Below the pieces are notes generated by a model. The model was not told the DNA's origin. It made no database searches and worked only from the letters and a program-made list of their open reading frames with translations. DNA of 64,000 nucleotides from Vicugna vicugna (Eukaryota), in assembly GCA_013265495.1 (NCBI GenBank), contig MU058213.1, positions 1,550,001 to 1,614,000 of the forward strand, written 5' to 3'. Shown piece after piece: positions 1 to 12,691 of the stretch (positions are counted from its first letter, which is position 1; every line of letters begins with the position of its first letter). Position numbers and translations under genes: made by a program.

Positions 1-77
1 CTCCAACTGGGCGTAATTTCCTCTCTTTTAATCCTATGGTACTTTGCTCATATCCTACATCTTCTAATAATAGTAGT

Positions 78-182
78 GATGAGGATGTTGGTGATGATGA
101 GAAGGAGAAGGAGGATGAAGAGAAGGAGGATGAGGAGAAGCAGAAGCAGATGAAGATGAAGGCAAAGAAGGAAGAAGAGGAG
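78..182. repeat. GA-rich trinucleotide low-complexity tract (GAT/GAG/AAG)
   Basis: gatgatgagaaggagaaggaggatgaagagaaggaggatgag...; explains the acidic ORF 36..353. Confidence 0.85.
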
Positions 183-300
183 GCTTACAGCATGCCATGC
201 ACTTCACATGTATTATCTCATTTAATCCTCACAGTCACCCTAAGAGTTACATCATGTTATCACCTTTTACAGATGAGAAAATTAAGGCTTACAAAGGTCA
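183..300 (-). mobile_element. MIR SINE fragment
   Basis: MIR core: tattatctcatttaatcctcacag...ttttacagatgagaaaattaaggctt. Confidence 0.85.
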
Positions 301-479
301 TTAGCATATGCTATCTCATTCAGGAGATGGTCCTCTCTAACTATAGGAACTGAGTCGTCTTTGCCTCAGGGTCCCTTCTGCCTCTCAGAGTGCCTTACAT
401 CAAGTAGGTTCTCAATGGGTATTTTTTAATTGAGTGGAAGAAGTAATTACCAATTAACTAAGGAGTGCTGTACCTAAGT

Positions 480-903
480 GTAGGGGTTGCTTTTCCATGT
501 TTCTTGCCCCTTCTCTTGATCTTCCTCTTTGGACTTTCATGGCATGGTAGAGATAATGCCCTGTGTTCATACAGGAAGATTACGTGTTCTCCTTTGAGTG
601 AGGCTGTATAACTGCATTTTGTCTGATTGATTATGGGTGCATGTGATGTGCACCTTTTCCAGACCTGGCCTCTAAAACTCCACTGAATCCCTCCCAATCT
701 TCCTCTTTTGAATGTACAGCAGGGAACCCTGAGTCTAGATTGAAGGAGCCTGGATCCCTGACTGCATGGAGTACCCTACCCACCCAACCTAGACCTGCAA
801 TGGACTAGGCATGAAATAGACATAATCTTTTATTATGTTAAACTATTGAAATTTGGGGATTATTACAGCAGCTACTATCCTGATTACTTATCCTGATTAA
901 TAC
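480..903 (+). mobile_element. MLT1 (MLT1I/J-like) MaLR solo LTR
   Basis: gaaggagcctggatccctgactgcatggag and 3' end ttattatgttaaactattgaaatttgggg...tcctgattaatac typical of MLT1. Confidence 0.75.
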
Positions 904-1744
904 CCTTGATGTGGAATCCAGGTCTGTAGGGAAACAAGTCTATCCTACGATTTTGAATGAAGCCTCCTAGATCTCAACTGTGGCCAGGGTGGCTGGGGGT
1001 CAGTATTCTTGAGGTAACAGTCAGCTTAACATGGCCCTGCAAGGAATACCTGTCTTATTATCTCAGATTCCTGACTTAGAGAAAAGGTCCAACTGAGGAT
1101 TTTCCAAATGTCCTACTTAGTGGTATAAAATTTTTCAGATAAAATAACAAGAACAGCAGCAACAATGACGGTAGCAACAAAGCAACAAAAAACTTAACAA
1201 AAGCTTTCTCCCTTCTTCATCATTCTATCCTGCCTTCCCAAATTAGATCTTTTTCTTTCCAAACTGTTTATGATGCTGGAAAATTCTCTGTGGCTTTCCC
1301 GGATGGTTCCAATATCTAAAGATGTCCCTCACCACTGGATTTATTACTGGGCCTCTCTGAGTGAGGTCAGAGGGCATCCCAAGCCCTATATTCTGAAACT
1401 CCTCCTTCTCTTATGTGCTCCATAACTCTCCTTTGCCATTTATTGACATTTGAGACATTTGATCTATGACTGCCTTTCTTTCCCGCCCCCCTGTATCCAT
1501 GCCTTGGTTTCCAGGGACAGCAGGAATATATTATTTCAAGCATGAGGACGAGGCCAACTTGTCTAGGCTCTGTGAGCAAATTATGGGTAGAATTTTGCAT
1601 AGATTGATATTGCGCTTGAAGACTTAAGATTCGACATAGCGTGGGACACATTATTTAGATTCTAGATCCAGCAACCTAAGTCTGGAGTCAGAAATGAGTT
1701 GAAGATCCCCATGGTCCTCTAACTCTCAGCTTGCCTGGTCATTG

Positions 1745-1871
1745 TCTCAGCGGTCCTGTGAGGTAGGTCTCATCTCTGTGTTAGGAGGGACCAAGACTCA
1801 GAGACTGATTGATCACAATGGTGGTAGAATTGGAAATGAAGCCAGGGCTTCTAGCTCTTTCCCCTGCACCA
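1745..1871 (-). mobile_element. MIR fragment
   Basis: cctgtgaggtagg...gactcagaga...ggtagaattggaaatgaagccagg...ctctttcccctgcaccat. Confidence 0.6.
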
Positions 1872-2285
1872 TGACAAGCCCCTCCCTTTATAAAGGACCA
1901 ATTCTAAAAAAAAAATTAGCATTTATAGAGAACATAATTTAGGAAATGCTTTGAAAAGCAGACTGCATCTGAAATTTCTGTTTCATAAAAAGTCAGCTTG
2001 GCCTTACTGCCAGGAGGATCTGCAGACAACACTGCTCAAGGTGGGGATTGGGGAGACCTCTTTTGGATGCTGGCCCTGCTCCTCAAACATCACAACCCTG
2101 GTCAGCTGTGTACTAGGCCAGAAGGGGCTGCTGTGGACTCGAGCACTTGTAAAGCTTTGGTTTCTTTATTCTTACTTCAAATCAACCTTTAATTTTATTA
2201 AATGACTTACAATATTGACTTCAAAAATCATCAGCTCCTAGGCTTTAGGGAGCTGTGTTGATATTGGGAATAGAATAGTCTAGTT

Positions 2286-2664
2286 CTGTGGTTGCTAAAC
2301 TCTGATGTTTGGAGGGGTGCTGGTCCAAGATGGATCTTCTGTTAATGCAGGGAAAATGAGAAAAATTAGAATAATTATGAGAAAATTTTTAAATTTAAAA
2401 AATGAGAAAAATTTAAATGAGAATGAGTAAAGAATTTTCTTAATAAAGCTATTTGCATTTCATTTAAAGGCTTGGCCTTTATTCTAAGATTACATTGTTT
2501 CTGGTTTTTTTGATCATAAAATGATTGTAAGGATAGAATTTTCTTTTAAATTCTTAATTGGTAAAATAAAAAGTTAGAAGCCCTATATTCTTCTCTAAGT
2601 TAAATATATATATTTATATGTATATAAAATACTGGTCCACGAATCAAATGTTTGGAAACTACTC
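2286..2664 (+). mobile_element. hAT-Charlie non-autonomous element (Charlie18a-like)
   Basis: TIR-like ends ctgtggttgctaaac / gtttggaaactactc; internal gaaaatgagaaaaat, cctttattctaagatt, ggtaaaataaaaagtt. Confidence 0.7.
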
Positions 2665-2857
2665 ATTTAGCAGGTGTTTTTCCAGACATAGTAAATCTCT
2701 GTCATTGGGGGAAGTGGGGGTGTCCTTTTGATACGTTATCAGTCTTAGGCAATCAATCTTTATTTTATCTGAGCAAAGTAAAAATTTTATCTTCACCTAC
2801 ATATCAATCAATTCATGTATGAAAGAGCTTTGATCTCCTTTGGCTGTAGAGACTAAG

Positions 2858-2977
2858 CTCTCTCTCTCTCTGTCTCTGTCTTTCTGTCTCTGTCTCTTTC
2901 TCTCTTTCTATCTATATCTATATCTATATCTATATCTAGATATAGCACTCTCTCTCTCTCTAAATATATATATACAT
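2858..2977. repeat. Compound microsatellite (CT)n/(CTATAT)n/(TA)n
   Basis: Direct inspection. Confidence 0.9.
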
Positions 2978-3289
2978 ATGGATCAGAGTTGGCCTTTCAA
3001 AGCTAGGCCACAGGAAATGACTAAGGGCAGTTTAGGTTTTTTGATTCACAGGAATAAAGAATTTGGTTACTGTCAGCTGTAATGATACCAGATCAATTTT
3101 ATTTTTATACCCAATGCAATATTTTTAGTAAAATAATTGAATAAATTATTATGGGACAAGAAGGCAGGGTTTAGGGTCTCTATTACATTTTGTAAATCAT
3201 CGATAGTTAATGTTCCATTAATAAATACCCTTCATTAATAAATTGTATCAAATTAAATTGTATTTACTTTTATATTACATATTATCTGT

Positions 3290-3690
3290 TAAAAAAATTA
3301 GGACTAATTGTAAAGAATTGGTAGCATCCCAGCCAGGAAGTCACCAATACATTCTCTATTGATTGTTGCAAATCTGAATATATAATAGAGTTGGGGAGCT
3401 GGATTCCCAATCATTCACTGTTGTTCAAATAAAACATCACTAACATGCACTTCTTTAAAGCTCACTGTGGTTCTTCTTTGTGACATACAGGGACAATCGA
3501 GAGCATTTTGGTCTTTATTTATTGGGGCTGCATAATCTAATTATCTCTCATTAGTCCCGAGCTGATTATTTCATTTATCTTTGTAAATGTGACAACAAAA
3601 GCCTCACTTTAATTAAGCAGATCAGCAATTAGCTCTTGTTTTATACGAGTTTTAAACATCCTTGTACTAATAGCAGGCAGCATGATTATA
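3290..3690. promoter_or_regulatory. Candidate conserved non-coding element / enhancer
   Basis: Repeat-free; TAATCTAATTA 3533-3543, TTAATTAA 3609-3616, CAGGAAGT 3334-3341; conservation not testable here. Confidence 0.45.
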
Positions 3691-3924
3691 ATCAGAAGCC
3701 CAGGGAAGAATGGTGGCAGAGGACAGTTTGATTTAGAGCCCCATTTAAGTGAAAGCTGTGTAGGCAAAATGGCTCTCCCACAACAGAGGTCCAGAAAGTG
3801 CTGGCCAAACCAGAGGGACAGACTTGAGAGGCCCAGGCCAAGACCTTCTTACCTCCATTTATGATATAGGCAGTGACTTCGTTCCTTTTTTCAAAAAATT
3901 GTATTCATTTGTAATAGTAATTGT

Positions 3925-4112
3925 TATTATTTATCAATCACCCACTGTGCCCCAGGCTTTTCATCTGTTACTTTTACTATATTTATCCTTTTAAAAACTC
4001 GAAATAGCCCTTGAGGTGGGTTATTAACTCATCATCTCCATTTTACAGATAAGCTAGCTGAGGCTTAGAGAGGTTGTCACTTGCCCATGTTTACTAAGCT
4101 AAGGATTGGAAC
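3925..4112 (-). mobile_element. MIR
   Basis: catctccattttacagataagctagctgaggcttagagaggttgtcacttgccca. Confidence 0.85.
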
Positions 4113-4234
4113 ACTTATCTGATTTTGCTACTCTGCAAATTGATTTCTTTTCCTCCATCCCCCTCCTTGCTCCTTCCTTCCTTTTTCTCTATCCTATCCT
4201 TTCCTTTTCCCTCCCCTCTCTCACTCATTTCCTT

Positions 4235-4400
4235 ATGGTATGCCAGGCACTGTGCACTTGGCTGGAAATAGTCAGATGAGCAAGACTGGGCCAGGACCTT
4301 TGGGAAGCTGACAGTGTAATGGACACAGAAACATAGACTAACCATTACAATGCCTGAGACAATGCTAGGAGAAAGCTAGTCAGAAAGGGCACAAACTAGC
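4235..4400 (-). mobile_element. L2 3' fragment
   Basis: tatgccaggcactgtgcacttggctggaaatag...gaagctgacagtgtaatgg. Confidence 0.6.
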
Positions 4401-5034
4401 ATGATTGGGACTTCTAGCTAAATCAATATTTATTAAACTGAATTGGCCTGGCCCTTTACATTATTAACGTTAATCTTTCTCTTCTTTTCCTAAGGAGGAG
4501 ATGCTTCTAGCTGCTCAGAACTCTTCTGATTATTCATAATGGTTACATGCTAATGTTTAATGTAAATGGAACTTAGAGCAGAAGTTGGCATTGTCTACTG
4601 TATGCTACCTTGCAGTCTCATTTAGTTTTTCTGGAATGGTTGGAGGAAGAATGAGGTGAATATGGATTTTTCAGAGGAAGAGAGAAAAAACATGGGAGAT
4701 GAAATAATGCTTGGAAGAAGGAGGAGGAGCTGTGTTTACTTGGAAAGGAGAAGAGAAAGAGCAAAGTGGGGTGACTGGAGGATGGGGTCCTGCCTTCCCT
4801 GGGGATGGGCTGGTGACCAGAAGTACAGAGAATCAAACCAGTTAGGGCCAGGGCAGCTTCCCCAGCTGGGTGGTTGGGCTGATGGGCTCTGGTCCTTGGC
4901 AAGATCCTCACAAGTTCTGACCACATCTCCTTAGAGACTGCAAAGTGCTGCTACTTCTACCTCATACCTGTCACCAATAACCATCCTAAGATTATCAGAA
5001 CTTCTGCAAATGGTTTTAATTAGTAAATTTTTGA

Positions 5035-5235
5035 GTATTATTTTTGTAACAAAAATGCAAAACACTTTATAAGGGCAATCTAATTTTATTTTTACAGTTA
5101 TACTGTGAACCAGTTATCATTCTCTTCATTGTACAGATGAGGAAACTGAGACACATACAGGCAAATTAACTTACCTGGATTCACATAGTTACGGAACTTA
5201 GAATTGAATCTATAATCTTAACCACTACTTAATAA
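5035..5235 (-). mobile_element. MIR
   Basis: cattgtacagatgaggaaactgagacaca...aacttacctggattcacatagtta. Confidence 0.85.
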
Positions 5236-5339
5236 TTGCCACCTTTCTTTAGACTTTATGACCCACAAGTGCACTGGGATTTATAAATTAGGAAAAGATT
5301 TAATTTAGTTATTGCTTCTAAAAGCCCTTCTTTACATGC

Positions 5340-5830
5340 TTTATGAGCTACTGGTTAGGGACTCTTGCTGTTGGCAATAGGGAGCCATTGAAGGATCTAG
5401 ACTGAGATATGACATCATGAAAGCAGTGTTTTAAGATGCATGGAGGATGCTTTGGAAAGAAACAACCCTTAAGTTAGGAATGTTGGCTAGGATGGTATAT
5501 TGGTTATGAGAGTATCTCTATCACAAGGGAATGCAAGCATAATGCAATTGGAGTGGGGGAAAAAATGCCCAGGTGTGAGAAAAATTACAAAGAATGATTA
5601 ATAGGTCCATAATCATAGTAGGAAAAGATGGAAGACAATTACTGTGTTTCTGAGCCTGAATGACTAATAGAAAAACAGAAATTATGTGCAGTTGAATAGA
5701 TGAACTACAGAAAAAAGAATGTTGAACATGGTTACAGGTCTTTTGTGACCTAAGTATGGTTTCAGTAGAATTAGAGCCAATTTGGAGGGGATTAAGGGAA
5801 GACTGGATAGTGAGGAAGCTGGTAGCATGT
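5340..5830 (-). mobile_element. L2 fragment
   Basis: ggcaatagggagccattgaagg; tttctgagcctgaatgact; tttcagtagaattagagcca...gtgaggaag. Confidence 0.65.
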
Positions 5831-5992
5831 AGGGTGTTTTTCAGGCCAGGGAGACAAATGTTTATTTCCAGGTAAAGAATGTTTGGTCCCCTCTCAGTCT
5901 ATCCCTGCCTGAGGAAAGACTTATGGGATGGCAGCCACCATCTCTCCAATCCTGCTCATGAGACTGAAATGCAACGTAAAAATAGGAATCCA

Positions 5993-6093
5993 ATTTGTTT
6001 TATCACCTCTGTATTCCCAGCACCTAGAACAGTGCCTTGTACAGAGTAGGTCCTCAATAAATAATTATTGACCGACTGAATAATGACTGAGTG
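5993..6093 (+). mobile_element. L2 3' end
   Basis: ctgtattcccagcacctagaacagtgccttgtacagagtaggtcctcaataaata. Confidence 0.9.
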
Positions 6094-7491
6094 AAAAACT
6101 GAGGCCAGAACTGCTGGCTCTAGAATGACCTTGGGTGGCAGGGGCCAGGAGCAAGGGAGGTCAAGATGATCACATCAGGTGGCTGGGAATGGGAAGAACC
6201 AGGAGACTGAGGCTGGGTGCCAAAATGAGAGGGGTTGAATTTTATCATTAAACCTTAGGGTTGAGATTGCTAAGGAGAAACAGCAGGAATTAAAATTCTG
6301 TGCCACCAGTGGTACAGGAGCATTGTTAAGAACAAGACTCCTATACCTGAGGCCATTTTTAATCTTACTAGAGGGTTGGCATGTAGAATCTGCTAGAAGC
6401 ATATTCTTCTGTCTGTAACTGAGAGGCCTTTACAGAGAGAGACATACTCGAAAGGTGTGAGTGAAGAATAAGTAGGCATATTTGCTATCCCTTATTATCT
6501 AAGAACCGCAGAGAATAGGTGGTGGCAGAAGTGAGGGGTGGTGGTGTTGGGGTAGTGGATCTTAAGGAACAATAGATTTAGTATTTCTCATCACTTTGAG
6601 TAGGGTCTGGAGTAGGGCCAGGTGGAACTAACCTGACTCTGTGAGTGCTCAAGGCATCTGGGCTATTCATTGTCTACCTAAGGAAGTCAGATGACCAAGC
6701 CAAGAGAGTCTCATTCAAGGTGAATTTCACTGTGGTGCCCGAAGCTCTGAGTGCCTCTTACCAATACAGTAGTTTGGTCAATTAAAAGGCACAGATTTGG
6801 GGACATCAAAGAGAAAGCAGTTGTGAAGTGTCTTGAATTAAGACACTAGCCGGAGGGCATAATTGAAGTCACAAGGCCATGGAGTCACAGCTTGTCATAT
6901 TTGAAAGGAATCTCCTATCTTGTACTCAAATATCAGTAAAAAAAAAAAAAACGAAAATCCAGAAAAATAGTCCTATGAGAGGTGGGAGTGAATGAATTCC
7001 AGGAACAGGGAGCGGCATTCATTCTGACCTGGGGAAGGAGCAGTTGCTCCTCTGAGAAAGAGTGATGAATGAGAGGGTAGGGATCTAGAGAGGAGCTATT
7101 TTGAACTTTAGAGGCAGAAATTACTGCTTTTATATCAAGAAGTAGAAGCTTTATTTACCTCTTTCTCCTTAAATATTGTTTCTCTCCCCTCTTCTGCACA
7201 AGGAGTTTGAGTGGCATGGGGGATATAGGCTTCCACTTGCTCCAATTCACCTCTGCCATTATGCAACACATAAGGGTAGGCTTGCTGGCCAGAGCTAAAC
7301 CAAAGATGGTTACTTTCGGAAATTGAAACTCTAAAGGAAAGGAAATCCTGATTGTAAACACTTCTCAATTTCTTGAATAACAGTTCTCTTACCCTGTTTT
7401 TCAAAAAAGAAAAAAATTAATAGCTTCCCACAAAACAGTATTTCTTCCTAAATGCAACAATGAACAAAGGTTAAATATATATGTTTATGAT

Positions 7492-7516
7492 ACACACACA
7501 CACACACACATACACT
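7492..7516. repeat. (CA)n microsatellite
   Basis: Direct inspection. Confidence 0.9.
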
Positions 7517-9379
7517 ATATGTAGTCCAGGTGATTTTGCCACAACACAAAAAAATAAGAGTTAAACAGTTAAACAAATATTCATGATAATCCTGAGGTGG
7601 GCTCAAAGTCTTTGTTTATACCAAAGCATAAAGTCATAGATGGTATAAAGGCCTGATTGCTTGTCTCCACAAAAACTCAGGAAACTAGACTTTAAAGGCT
7701 ACATAAAATGGATGGAAGTAGATATGCACACTGGCACATTAGGGACAAAAGTCTCCCAAGACCAGAAGACCAAGCTGGCAGGTGCTTAATTGAGGAGAGT
7801 AATGAGTGTAAAGGTTCTATGTTTGAGTGGGTGTGGGGAGGGATCATCAAGCTGCATTGTGAATATTTTGTGCTGGGAGGTAGATATTTTAATTTAGTTC
7901 CCCCCACCCTGGGAATCCATTCAAAGATTTTAGATAAGGTTCAAAGTTGTTAAGTAACTTGCTTGAGGTCATATGGCTTCAAAATGGAAGAACAACACTG
8001 AGCACTCTGGGCTTCTGCTTCCAGATTTCAGGCTCTTTCCTCCCCACTGTGCTGCTCATGCCCCTGACCAGGCCTGTGCTCTGGCCTCCAGGGACCTGGG
8101 GACTGACACTTTAAAAATGCATGCTAGTGTTTCTCACTTTGTTCATTTGCTTACTTCTTCTCTCCAGGTTAGTTCTTCAGCTTAATTCATTTTGGCTTTG
8201 GAGCTTTTTGTAAAACCAGTTATTCCCCCTACTTGGCTTAAGAAATTGTATTCCATTTGATATTTTCTGACCTTACACTTTGGTGGTGGAATAATAGAGT
8301 ATTTTACACAGGAATGAATTGTGCTGCAGTAGATGAATGTGTGGGAGCTCATAAATCAGCAGTGATCCCTGAGGACCATGGAGGGCCTCCTGGCCCTGGC
8401 CAGCGCTCTTTAGACCTCTTCATGCTAATAAAACAGAGATTTCTCTCTGAAGGGCTCCACCTTTGCAAATGACACTCATAATAAGCTTGGAATAGTATTG
8501 CAGTGATAGGTTGTTTACCTGCTGGTAACTGGTAATTTAGCCAGCGTGAAAGGCCTAATGGTCCATCTTCCCCATTTGGAGAATTGAGGTAGAATTTTGT
8601 CTGTGGATGGCCCTGGAGAGAGCCATGCACAAGTAATGTTTTCCAGGTGTATCCTTGCTGAAAATACAGGTGTGTAAAGACATGTAAGATTATTCATTTC
8701 CCAATTTCTATATGAGTTACTTAGCTTCTATGAAAGAGCTTTGTTTTTTAATTTTTTTGACCATCTTGGTAAGTGGGAAGTGGAACAATTTATCAAAATG
8801 GCAAAGAATAGATTATCCTGATTCCTCTTTCTACTAATTATGACACGGAACAATGAATGCTAGTGGGAGAATAGCATGATCATTTAAAACTTGCTTCTTT
8901 TAGTCTATACAGGGTTAATATGAATATATTGTTATAGAGCTTCAGGGGAAAGGAAGGAAAAGAATGCTACTTGTCTAAACTAAGTGATCACAGATAGGGA
9001 TTTTTAAAAAGTGAAGATGGCATGTTAACACAATGGAGAATTATGGAGATATTAAAATAATTAAGAATATTTTTAGAAATAAGGAAAATTTATGTTATAT
9101 ACATAGTGAAATAAAGCAGGAAACCAAGTGTGTTTTCTGATGCTGGGAGCAATATGGAAATACGAAGATACATAAATCTAAGGCAAGGTACAAGGGCTAC
9201 AAGATTAATTTTGGTCAATGGGATTCAGTGTATGGGGTAATTTGTTTTACTACTAGTAAGAACAATCATATTTTCTAATCAGACAATTTTGGTTTTAATT
9301 CATTCTAACAGTAGGATTCCTATAGGCCTGTATAATCACAGGATAGAATAGTTCAGTGTTTTGGGAGTCCGGAGAAGGA

Positions 9380-9625
9380 TTTCCTTCTGCCTGGACGTCA
9401 TATAATTCACACATGGTCTTATATACATTGAACTTTGGCAGGTAAAGATGGAGCTGAAGATATTTCATATGCAGGAAGAGTACAACTGAGGACCTGGAGT
9501 AGGAAAGTGCTGAATATGAAAATGCATGGAGATGATAAAGTGCTTGGTTTGGCAGAAGTATGGGCATGAAAGGGAATGGGGAGAGGTTCTTAAAGAGTAA
9601 ATTAGGGGCAGATTATGGATGGCTC
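9380..9625 (-). mobile_element. L2 fragment
   Basis: gaggacctggagtaggaaagtg...gagtaaattaggggcagattatgga. Confidence 0.55.
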
Positions 9626-9638
9626 ACTAAGTACTATA

Positions 9639-9977
9639 CAGTCCCCTTGTTTGGCAGGTTCCCTCTTTTGTAAAGATCTGTACAATATCTCAAAATGCAA
9701 ATTACTGAATGTCCTCATCACTTAGCAAGCCAGACTCTTCCAGTGCATAAACTCTGCCCTAGCATTAAGCAAAATACTCCTGAAAATTGCATTATCTCAT
9801 TCTATTCACTTTTTCAGCACATCTGTGAACTGGAGCAAATGCATACTATATGGATGATACATAATCTAGTGGTTAGAATAGGTATTGGAACAGCCATATT
9901 TTTAATTTAAATAACAGTAATATTTTGGTCAAGTAACTTACTCCGATGTTGATTTTACTTTCTCAAGCGGAGGACAG
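9639..9977. mobile_element. Possible old Tc1/mariner (Tigger-type) non-autonomous element
   Basis: TA-flanked imperfect terminal inverted repeats ta|cagtcccc ... ggaggacag|ta. Confidence 0.35.
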
Positions 9978-10039
9978 TATTCCTTTATTCCACTAAGGTG
10001 ACCTTCCCTCAACTTTGCAGATGAACTGTGTCCTGGGCA

Positions 10040-10412
10040 TGTCTCTTTCTCTCCATCATCCCAAATACCTCTTATCCTTTGAAGTCAAGTTCAAATTCCA
10101 TCACCTTCCCAAATCTGCTTGCTCTAGTGCATCTGTGTTGTCTTCTTTGCACATTAGCACATTACTTTTTTTGGGTGGAGGCGGGGGTGTACCACATGGT
10201 TAGTAACTAAATTCTGTCTCACATTGTCCTCCACACTCCATGAGGGTAGGTTTTGTTGTTGTTGTTATTGTTTTTGTATTTTTTGATTTTTTTTTTGACT
10301 CAGGCAGACTGGAAGCACCTCTAGTTTAGGATTCATCTCATAGGTGTCTTATGTATTCTGGGCACACAGCAGGGTATATAATTTGTACATATTAAATACT
10401 GGTCAATTCAAT
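10040..10412 (+). mobile_element. L2 3' region
   Basis: cttatcctttgaagtcaagttcaaattccatcacc...ctccatgagggtagg...ctgggcacacagcagg. Confidence 0.6.
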
Positions 10413-10564
10413 GCTTTCAAACAGTCCTTCTGTCTACAGACATTTTACTGGCCTTTGTAATTTTTAATTTTCTTGTTATAACTCAAATACCCAGAATGGA
10501 GTTGATTAGATTACATAGAGTTCATGGCATGCTGTCAACATTGGCCTGTGCAGTGCTCTGTTGC

Positions 10565-10950
10565 TTTTCATTTTATTTTATAATTTATTTCTCCTGTATT
10601 AATTATCCCCAATATTAAATCCCACACTATTACACAGACAACTATTCTTCAGTTTTTAACACTTGTCATTCTAACTACCTTTCATATGTTTATTTCATAT
10701 GCTTATTTATATGCAGTAGTATATATAGTACTGTTTTGTGTATAGATTTTTAAAATGTACTTAATAACATTGGGCTATACATTTATTCTGTTTCATTTGT
10801 TTTGCTGCTTCATTCATGTAGTTTTTTCTAACTCAAGCTCCTTTCTTCTGCAAAGTATTCATCCTGTATGTATTTACTCATTTCTTTTCCTTTCTTTTTC
10901 TTTTTTTTTTGTGATGGACAGTAAGGTGGCATAGCATGGAGATGAACATC
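10565..10950 (-). mobile_element. Old L1 (L1ME-like) 3' end
   Basis: Degenerate L1 3'UTR: acaactattcttcagtttt...gtatttactcatttc...gtgatggaca...gatgaacatc. Confidence 0.55.
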
Positions 10951-10958
10951 TCCTAGGG

Positions 10959-11134
10959 CAGCACTAAGAGAAAAGGAATACCTGCAGATACTTAAAATTT
11001 TCTATAGCCTCATTAAGAAAATAAAAATAAACAGGTGACATTAACTTCAATAATATACTCTATTTAACCTAGTGTACCTAAATATTTCAAAAGGTAATAT
11101 AAAAACACTATTGAGGTACTTCACATTAATTTTT
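10959..11134 (+). mobile_element. MER33 (hAT-Charlie) 5' half
   Basis: ttaaaattttctatagcctcattaagaaaataaaaataaacaggtgacattaacttcaataatatactctatttaacc. Confidence 0.8.
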
Positions 11135-12412
11135 AAGGCTTTATCTTTAGAAAGCAGGTTAAGGTTTACAACAATATTTCCTATACAATTCATGTCCTCA
11201 CACATGGATAGCTTCTCCATTATCAATATCACTCACCAGAATGGCTCATTTTCAACCAAGAATAACCCTACATTGACATATCATAATCATTCAAAGTTCG
11301 TAGTTTACCTTAGGGTTCACTTTTGGTGTATATCCATCATTATAATATAATACAGAGTGTTTCCACTGCCCTGAAGATCCTCTATGTTCTGCCTATTCAT
11401 CTCTCTTCCTCCCACCCCTCCCAACCCTGCTAATCCCAGCAATTGTTGATCTTTTTATTGTTTCTATAGTTTGCCTTTTCCAGAATATAATATAGTTGAA
11501 ATCATATGGTATGTAACCCTTTTAGATTGGCTTCTTTCACTTAGAAATGTGCATTTAAGTTTCTTTCATGTCTTTTCATCACTTAATAGCTCATTTCTTC
11601 TTAGCACTTAGTAATATTCCATTGCCTTGATGTACACAGTTTGTTTATCCATTCACCTACTAAACTACGTCTTGGTTGCTTCCAAGTTTTGGCAGTTATT
11701 AATAGTGTTGCTGTAAACATATGTGTGAGGGTGTTTGTCTGGACATAAATTTTCAGCTCCGTAGGGTAAATACCAAGGAGCATGATTTCTGGATCACATG
11801 GTAACAGTACATTTAAACTTATAAGAAATGGCCAAACTCATTTCTGAAGTGGCTGTGCCATTTTTGCATTCTCACCAGCAATATCTGAGAGTTCTGTTGT
11901 TCTGACATCCTCGTCAGCACTGTGTTGTCAGTGTTCTGGATTTTGACCATTCTAATAGGCCTGTAGTGGTATCTAGTTATTTTAATTCACATTTCCTTGA
12001 TAACTTACGATGTCAAGCATCTTTTCATATGCTTAGTTGCCATCAATATATCTTCTTTGGTGAAGTATCTGTTAAGATCTTTGGCCCATTTTTAAATTGG
12101 GTTTTTTGTTTTCTTATTGTTGGATTTAAGAGTTCTTTGTGTATTTTGGATAACAATGTTTTATCAGATGTATTTTTTACAAATATTTCCCTCCAGTCTG
12201 TGGCTTGTCTTCTCATTCTCTTGACATTGTCTTTCACAGAGTAAATGTTTTTAATTTTAATGAAATTTTTAGTTTATCAGTTATTTCTTTCATGGGTTGT
12301 GCCTCTGGTATTGTATCTAAGTAGACATTATTATACCCAAGTATATCTTCATTTTTTCCTATGTTATCTTTTAGAAATTGTATAGTTTTATGTTTTCCAT
12401 TTAAGTCTATGT
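11135..12412 (-). mobile_element. L1MC1-like LINE-1 3'UTR plus ORF2 C-terminal remnant
   Basis: 3'UTR ccattatcaatatcactcaccagaatgg...tagtttaccttagggttcact; ORF2-like peptides LLGIYP..TAKTWKQP..EWINKL and KRMRRQATDWREIF. Confidence 0.9.
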
Positions 12413-12414
12413 TT

Positions 12415-12570
12415 GTTATATGAAAGGATGCTCTACTTCACTAATACAGAGAAATTCAAATTCAAATTAAATTCCATTTTATACCTATTAGACTGACAAA
12501 TACTAGAAAATATAAATAGAAGGCCTCATACACTCTGCTGGGAATATTAAACTGGTACAGGCACAATTGG
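12415..12570 (+). mobile_element. Old L1 (L1ME-like) ORF2-end fragment, flipped relative to its partner at 10565-10950
   Basis: atatgaaaggatgctctacttcactaat...ccattttatacctattagactgacaaa...ctcatacactctgctgggaat...aactggtaca. Confidence 0.7.
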
Positions 12571-12691
12571 GAGAGAGACATCCACCTAATCAGTAGAAGT
12601 TTTGGTTGAGTGCTTATTAAGAGAAGAGCTTTCTTCTTGGCTTTAGGAAGGTAGCACTAAACAGGACAGACAAGAAGTCTATGTACTATAT

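Noticed and set aside
36..353. 105-aa ORF with an acidic/lysine-rich stretch
   Set aside because: Made of a GA-rich simple repeat followed by a MIR; no domain or exon context.
6299..6318. CTCF-like sequence (weak matches also near 29378 and 47795)
   Set aside because: Each lacks core positions or has an indel relative to the CTCF consensus.
11601..12237. ORFs resembling the L1 ORF2 C-terminus
   Set aside because: Fragments of a dead, truncated L1; not host genes.
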